A stretch of DNA of 11,947 nucleotides from Fibrobacterota bacterium (GTDB taxonomy: Bacteria > Fibrobacterota > Fibrobacteria > UBA11236). Numbering within the stretch: position 1 is the stretch's first letter; the number at the start of each line of letters is the position of its first letter. Where the stretch lies: the NCBI GenBank assembly GCA_043753995.1, contig JAYUVP010000333.1, positions 1 to 11,947 of the forward strand, in the 5' to 3' direction. This document shows, piece by piece, positions 7,535-11,947 of the stretch. Under the pieces are notes generated by a model that did not search any database, had not been told where the DNA came from, and saw only the letters and a program-made list of their open reading frames with translations. The position numbers and the translations under genes were made by a program.

Positions 7535-8650
7535 ATGAAACTTCATTTCCATCTCCCTCGGCTATCGCTCGGCGTGGCCGCTACTGCCTTGCTTTTTTCG
7601 GCATGCATGCACGATGCCACCGATGAAGACGTGGTCGCGACCAAGTCGACACGCAGTCTTTTTGTGACAACTACGGACTATACGAGTGGCTTGCTCATCA
7701 GTTTTGATGCTGATTCCCTTAAGCGCGGACCGGATTCGCTTCAAGTGTTTAAAGATGCGAGAGTCTATGTTCAGGACAGCACGGTCTATGTGCTTGAAAG
7801 ATTAGGTGCCGACAATTTATTGCGCTATCATCCAGGCACGCGAAAGGTGATTTACCAAGAGCATTTGGGCGACAAGGCCAATCCCTCCGATATCGTTTTT
7901 CGTGACGCGAATACGGCCTTTATTCCCTTGGAAAACACCCCGAAGGTGCTCAAGGTGAATCCCAATAATGGTCGCGCGACGGACTCTTTGGATATTTCCG
8001 CTTATACCTTCACGCCCGATTCAGGCAAAGGCGACAAAGCCACCTCCCCGCATGCTTCTTCCGCCTTGCTCAGCGGCGATAGCCTTTTCGTTTTATTGCA
8101 GAGGCGCAATGGAAACTGGAAATTCGCCGGTGGCTCTTCCATTGTCTTGGTCATCAATGCCAAAACCTTGGCTATCGAGGACACCTTGCAGGCTCCGGCT
8201 GGAAATGGCGGCGCGATGTGGTTGTGGCAGGGTGGGCTTTATGTCGCTTGCTCCGGTCAATTGACCGAGCTGGGCGATGGCGGCATTTATCGCTGGGACA
8301 GGAAAACCGGTCAACTGACGACCGTATTCACAGAATCCGATTTCGGTGGAAATGTGACTTCGGTGGATTGCAATGCGGAAGGCTTGTGCTATGCCGGCGT
8401 GCTGACGACGAGCTATGCTTCGCAGGTTCGTCCCTTTCAACTTCAGGACAGCAAGATCCTAGCGGCTCTTCCTGGTTTGAAAGACCCCTCCGGAGGGCTA
8501 ATCCTGGATTCCAAAACCGGCCGCGTCTTGGTGGGCGAGCGCGATGCGAAAACATCGGGCCTTGTGGTTTTCGGGGCGGATGGTAAGGCTATTGGAAACA
8601 CGTTGAAAACAGGTTTGCCTCCAGGCTCCATGGCCTTGTTGACGCGCTAA
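7535..8650 (+). CDS. Lipoprotein, probable beta-propeller; candidate BtuG-analogous corrinoid-binding protein
   Basis: AGGA SD before ATG 7535; lipobox FSA-C (Cys24 at 7604-7606); repeated blade-like strands (ANPSDIVF, VLKVNP, VLVINAKT, LYVACSG, IYRWDRKTG). Begins 33 nt after the receptor stop. Fold and function are inferred. Confidence 0.85.
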   Translation: MKLHFHLPRLSLGVAATALLFSACMHDATDEDVVATKSTRSLFVTTTDYTSGLLISFDADSLKRGPDSLQVFKDARVYVQDSTVYVLERLGADNLLRYHPGTRKVIYQEHLGDKANPSDIVFRDANTAFIPLENTPKVLKVNPNNGRATDSLDISAYTFTPDSGKGDKATSPHASSALLSGDSLFVLLQRRNGNWKFAGGSSIVLVINAKTLAIEDTLQAPAGNGGAMWLWQGGLYVACSGQLTELGDGGIYRWDRKTGQLTTVFTESDFGGNVTSVDCNAEGLCYAGVLTTSYASQVRPFQLQDSKILAALPGLKDPSGGLILDSKTGRVLVGERDAKTSGLVVFGADGKAIGNTLKTGLPPGSMALLTR

Positions 8651-8713
8651 AAGGCTTGGTCGTTCTATAACGGCCTAGGTCGCCTTGCGTGACATGCCAA
8701 GTCACCATGATAG

Positions 8714-8747
8714 AAGGGAAGGATGTTCCATCAATCCCTTTGTTTTT
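8714..8747 (+). terminator. Possible intrinsic terminator of the btu operon
   Basis: aaggga-ag-gatg-ttc-catc-aa-tccctt followed by tgttttt; the stem is interrupted. Confidence 0.4.
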
Positions 8748-8927
8748 ATGGTTTAAACTCCCTGATAGGCGATTTTTGGCAGTTTTGATGACGTCGTGAA
8801 AAAAGTGGCCAAAAAGAAAGTGCCGATTTGGGATAAGCTGTGAGCCTGCCTCCCGAGCAGGGAACGGGCCATTTGGCTACCTTTCAGCACCCTTTTAGAC
8901 CCATCCTTAGCTGTTTCGAGATCTTCC

Positions 8928-10541
8928 ATGCTCAATGTCTCCGACCTTTCCCTCGCTTTCGGCAAACGCGTCCTCTTTCAAGACGTCACCATCAATTTCA
9001 CTCCAGGGAATTGCTATGGCATTATCGGTGCCAATGGTGCTGGTAAGTCGACCTTCCTGAAAATCCTTTCCGGCGAAATCGAGCCGAGTGCGGGATTTGT
9101 ATCCAAGCCATCGAATGCGCGCATGGCCGTACTCAATCAGAATCATTATGAATTCGACGAGTATACGGCCTTGAACACCGTCATCATGGGCCATCAAAAG
9201 CTCTATCAAATCATGTCGGAAAAAGACGCGCTTTATGCCAAGCCCGATTTCTCGGATGCCGATGGCATACGCGCCAGCGAACTCGAAGGCGAATTCGCCG
9301 AAATGGATGGCTATAATGCCGAGAGCAATGCCGGTGCTTTGCTTTCCGGTCTGGGAGTCAAAACCTCCCTGCATGAACTCAAGATGAAGGAATTGACCGG
9401 CGGCGACAAGGTGCGCGTGCTTTTGTCTCAGGCGCTATTCGGCAATCCCGACATTTTGCTGCTTGACGAACCGACCAATACCCTGGATGTCGACTCGGTG
9501 CTTTGGCTGGAAGAATTCATTTACAACTTCGATAATCTCGTTATTGTCGTCAGTCACGATCGCCATTTTCTTGATCGCGTCTGCACCCACGTTTGCGATG
9601 TCGACTTCAGTAAAATCCAGATGTTCACCGGAAATTACGGTTTCTGGTATGAGTCAAGCCAATTGGCCCTGAGGCAAAGGCAGGATTCGAACAAGAAAAA
9701 AGAAGATAAGATGAAGGAATTACAAACCTTTATCGCCCGCTTTTCGGCCAATGCCAGCAAGTCGCGGCAGGCCACTTCCCGCAAGAAATTGCTCGATAAA
9801 ATCACCCTCGACGACATTAGGCCCAGCAGCCGCAAATACCCGTATATCATTTTCAAGCAAGAGAAAGACGCAGGCAAGGTCATTCTCGAATGTGAAAAAC
9901 TGTCGGCGCGCATCGAAGACAAGGTCGTCTTTAAGAATTTTGATCTCAATGTGCGCAATGGCGATAAAATCGCTTTCGTGGGGCGCGACGGCTTGCCGGC
10001 CACTAGCCTTTTCCGCATCCTCTTCGAAGAGTTGGCGCCATCCTCGGGGGCTTTTCGTTGGGGCGGTTCCATCACGCGAGCCGATTTCCCGAAGGATGCC
10101 ACGGCCCTTTTCGACACTGACTGGAATCTCGTGGATTGGCTTAGCCAATACAGCAAGGACAAGAACGAGCAATTCTTGCGGGGATGGCTCGGTAAAATGC
10201 TGTTCTCCGGAGAAGAATCGCAAAAGAGCGCGCGAGTTTTGTCAGGGGGCGAAAAGGTGCGCTGCTTGCTTGCCCGCATGATGCTGCAACAGGCGAATGT
10301 GCTCATCCTCGACGAACCCACCAATCATCTTGATTTGGAAAGCATTGAAGCCCTCAATAATGGCCTCAAGGAATTCACCGGCACCGTGCTTTTCACCTCG
10401 CAAGATCATCAATTCGTGCAAACCGTGGCCAATCGTATTATTGAATTGACTCCGGCCGGGCATATCGATCGCGCCATGAGCTATGACGAATACCTCACCG
10501 ATGCGACCATCAAGGAAATGCGGGACAAGCTCTATGAGTAA
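8928..10541 (+). CDS. ABC-F family ribosome-associated ATPase (YbiT/YkpA-like)
   Basis: Two ABC domains and no TM segments: GANGAGKS, LTGGD, LLLDEPTN, SHDRHFL, GNY linker, RFSANASKSRQATSR (typical of YbiT/YkpA), LSGGEK and LILDEPTNHLD. Confidence 0.95.
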   Translation: MLNVSDLSLAFGKRVLFQDVTINFTPGNCYGIIGANGAGKSTFLKILSGEIEPSAGFVSKPSNARMAVLNQNHYEFDEYTALNTVIMGHQKLYQIMSEKDALYAKPDFSDADGIRASELEGEFAEMDGYNAESNAGALLSGLGVKTSLHELKMKELTGGDKVRVLLSQALFGNPDILLLDEPTNTLDVDSVLWLEEFIYNFDNLVIVVSHDRHFLDRVCTHVCDVDFSKIQMFTGNYGFWYESSQLALRQRQDSNKKKEDKMKELQTFIARFSANASKSRQATSRKKLLDKITLDDIRPSSRKYPYIIFKQEKDAGKVILECEKLSARIEDKVVFKNFDLNVRNGDKIAFVGRDGLPATSLFRILFEELAPSSGAFRWGGSITRADFPKDATALFDTDWNLVDWLSQYSKDKNEQFLRGWLGKMLFSGEESQKSARVLSGGEKVRCLLARMMLQQANVLILDEPTNHLDLESIEALNNGLKEFTGTVLFTSQDHQFVQTVANRIIELTPAGHIDRAMSYDEYLTDATIKEMRDKLYE

Positions 10542-10589
10542 GGACCGCGCCGGCAAGTGACCGGCATTCAAAACAAGCGGTAACCGGAC

Positions 10590-10621
10590 ACCCCGGCGGG
10601 ATGCCAGGGTTGGGTTTTTTT
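10590..10621 (+). terminator. Possible intrinsic terminator after the ABC-F gene
   Basis: accc-c-ggc-gggat-gcc-a-gggt stem, then tggg and a run of 7 T. Confidence 0.4.
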
Positions 10622-10671
10622 AGATACTGCCCACTTTGGACACATTTGTTGCCGAGGGCTAAGACAAAGGA

Positions 10672-10700
10672 GTGTCAGTTTACCCTCCAAACACTATTCT
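10672..10700 (+). promoter_or_regulatory. Putative sigma70-type promoter giving a leaderless TIGR02147 transcript
   Basis: GTGTCA (10672-10677), 17-nt spacer, TATTCT (10695-10700), then only 6 nt to ATG 10707; no SD. Confidence 0.5.
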
Positions 10701-10706
10701 CATTCC

Positions 10707-11534
10707 ATGGGCTTGCCTGACATTTTGAATTATTCGCAATACCGGCAATACTTGCGCGACTATGTGCAGGTTAGCCGGGAAAGCGACCCCGATTTTTCTT
10801 TGCGAACTTTCGCCAAGCAGGCCGGATTTTCAGGGCATGGCCACTTGCGCTTCATACTCGAAGCCAAACGCAATTTGACCAAACGCAGCTTGCTCAAATT
10901 GACCCTGGCGCTCAAGCTTTCCAAGGAACGCGCCCGGTATTTCGAAAGCCTCGTGTTTTTCAATCAGGCCAAAACCCTGGAAGAGCGTAATCACTATTAT
11001 CAGGAAATCTTGAAAACCCGGAAGTCGCATCATTTCCGAAAATTAGAGGAAAGCCAATTCGAGATTTTCCGGCAATGGCATCATGCTGCTATTCGCGAAA
11101 TGATAGGCCTGCGTGATTTTCGACCCCATCCCGAGTGGATAGCCTCGCATTTGACTCCGAAGCTGGAGGCGAAAGAGGTCGTAGAATCGCTGAAGTTGAT
11201 GACCCAAGCGGGCCTGATTGCCAAAACCGCCAATGGCTATCAAATTCGGGATGAAGCTATTACCACCGACGACGAGGTCATGAGCCTTTTCGTACATAAT
11301 TATCATGTGCAAATGCTGGCTCTCGCCGCCAAGTCGCTAGAAACATTTCCTCCGGAGCAACGCGACATTTCCTCCGTGTGTTTTAAAATCCGCGAAGAAG
11401 ATTTTCCTCGTTTAAAGAGGCAAATTCAACTCATGCGCAAGGAGTTTCGCAATTTCGCGGTCGAGGATGGCACGGGTGAGCGCGTGGTGCAAGTCAATAT
11501 TCAGCTTTTCCCGCTGAGCGGGGGCGACGCGTGA
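10707..11534 (+). CDS. TIGR02147 family protein (DUF4423 domain; putative HTH regulator)
   Basis: Characteristic pattern Y..YR.YL.D, FSLRTFAKQAGF, KRNLT, YFESLVFFNQAKT, WHHAAIRE, IAS.L.P, YH.QML.LA, RDISS and VQVNIQLFPLS; typical ~275 aa length. Recognised from memory, not by an HMM run. Confidence 0.92.
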   Translation: MGLPDILNYSQYRQYLRDYVQVSRESDPDFSLRTFAKQAGFSGHGHLRFILEAKRNLTKRSLLKLTLALKLSKERARYFESLVFFNQAKTLEERNHYYQEILKTRKSHHFRKLEESQFEIFRQWHHAAIREMIGLRDFRPHPEWIASHLTPKLEAKEVVESLKLMTQAGLIAKTANGYQIRDEAITTDDEVMSLFVHNYHVQMLALAAKSLETFPPEQRDISSVCFKIREEDFPRLKRQIQLMRKEFRNFAVEDGTGERVVQVNIQLFPLSGGDA

Positions 11535-11947
11535 AATGGGGCCGCCTAGGGAATCGGATTTGCGGGCCTTGGAAAAGTCTGGCTTTAGCTGCCATGCTCG
11601 GGTTTGCTGGCTGTTTCACCGAAGTGGGTAATCCAGGAGCGCCCAGCAAGCAGAGCGATGTGACGGCGCAATTTCATATCGATTATCACGCGGACTCCTT
11701 GGCCTCCATAGGCGGGCAAGCGCATTTGGTGCTCGACTCTGGCCTCGTCCTCTCACAATTCTTTTTCAATGTGGTCGAAGCCAATTACACCGATATGGAT
11801 GATCAGGATGGCCGCATTTGGAAATATCCTGATTCGCTGGGCTTTGCGGTGGACTTCACCGGCAAGGACACCACGGCCGTTTTACCGCCCGTAAGCGTGC
11901 CTCCGGGAGAGTGGAGCATTCTTAAGCTCGAAAGCCAGATTCCGATT
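11531..11947 (+). CDS. Lipoprotein of unknown function (3'-truncated; absent from the ORF track)
   Basis: GTGA overlap with the TIGR02147 stop and open for 139 codons to the window end: MKWGRLGNRICGPWKSLALAAMLGFAG-CFTEVGNPGAPSKQ... Lipobox FAG-C (Cys28 at 11612-11614). Confidence 0.85.
   Translation, partial: MKWGRLGNRICGPWKSLALAAMLGFAGCFTEVGNPGAPSKQSDVTAQFHIDYHADSLASIGGQAHLVLDSGLVLSQFFFNVVEANYTDMDDQDGRIWKYPDSLGFAVDFTGKDTTAVLPPVSVPPGEWSILKLESQIPI

Noticed and set aside
8689..8705. GTGAC-N7-GTCAC as a CRP/FNR site
   Set aside because: Spacing does not fit TGTGA-N6-TCACA or TTGAT-N4-ATCAA; it may be only a small hairpin.
8928..10541. ABC-F as an antibiotic-resistance (ARE) factor or a transporter ATPase for B12 import
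   Set aside because: Motifs match housekeeping YbiT/YkpA; there is no permease, and a 277-nt gap with a possible terminator separates it from the btu genes.
9635..10571. Long antisense and alternate-frame ORFs over the ABC-F gene (similar ones lie over btuB and folE2)
   Set aside because: Fully explained as shadows of well-supported genes in GC-rich DNA.
1..11947. CRISPR array, tRNA/rRNA, IS or prophage, or defence system
   Set aside because: No regularly spaced direct repeats, cloverleaf, transposase, integrase or nuclease motifs were seen by eye.

Overview
Moderately GC-rich bacterial chromosomal window with no mobile elements, CRISPR arrays or structural RNA genes. A TIGR02147-family gene and the lipoprotein content suggest Fibrobacterota; this is an inference. 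Gene order: 5'-truncated cyclophilin-FKBP fusion PPIase; a translationally coupled Gly-rich repeat membrane protein; an orphan coiled-coil single-TM protein; a convergent stand-alone receiver domain; folE2; a full-length cobalamin riboswitch upstream of a BtuB-like TonB-dependent receptor and a beta-propeller-like lipoprotein; a YbiT/YkpA-type ABC-F with one degenerate ATPase site; and a TIGR02147 gene coupled to a 3'-truncated lipoprotein that the ORF track missed. The most interesting elements are the riboswitch-receptor-lipoprotein corrinoid capture module, the TIGR02147-lipoprotein module with a likely leaderless promoter overlapped by a dyad, and the repeat membrane protein with a beta-signal-like tail.
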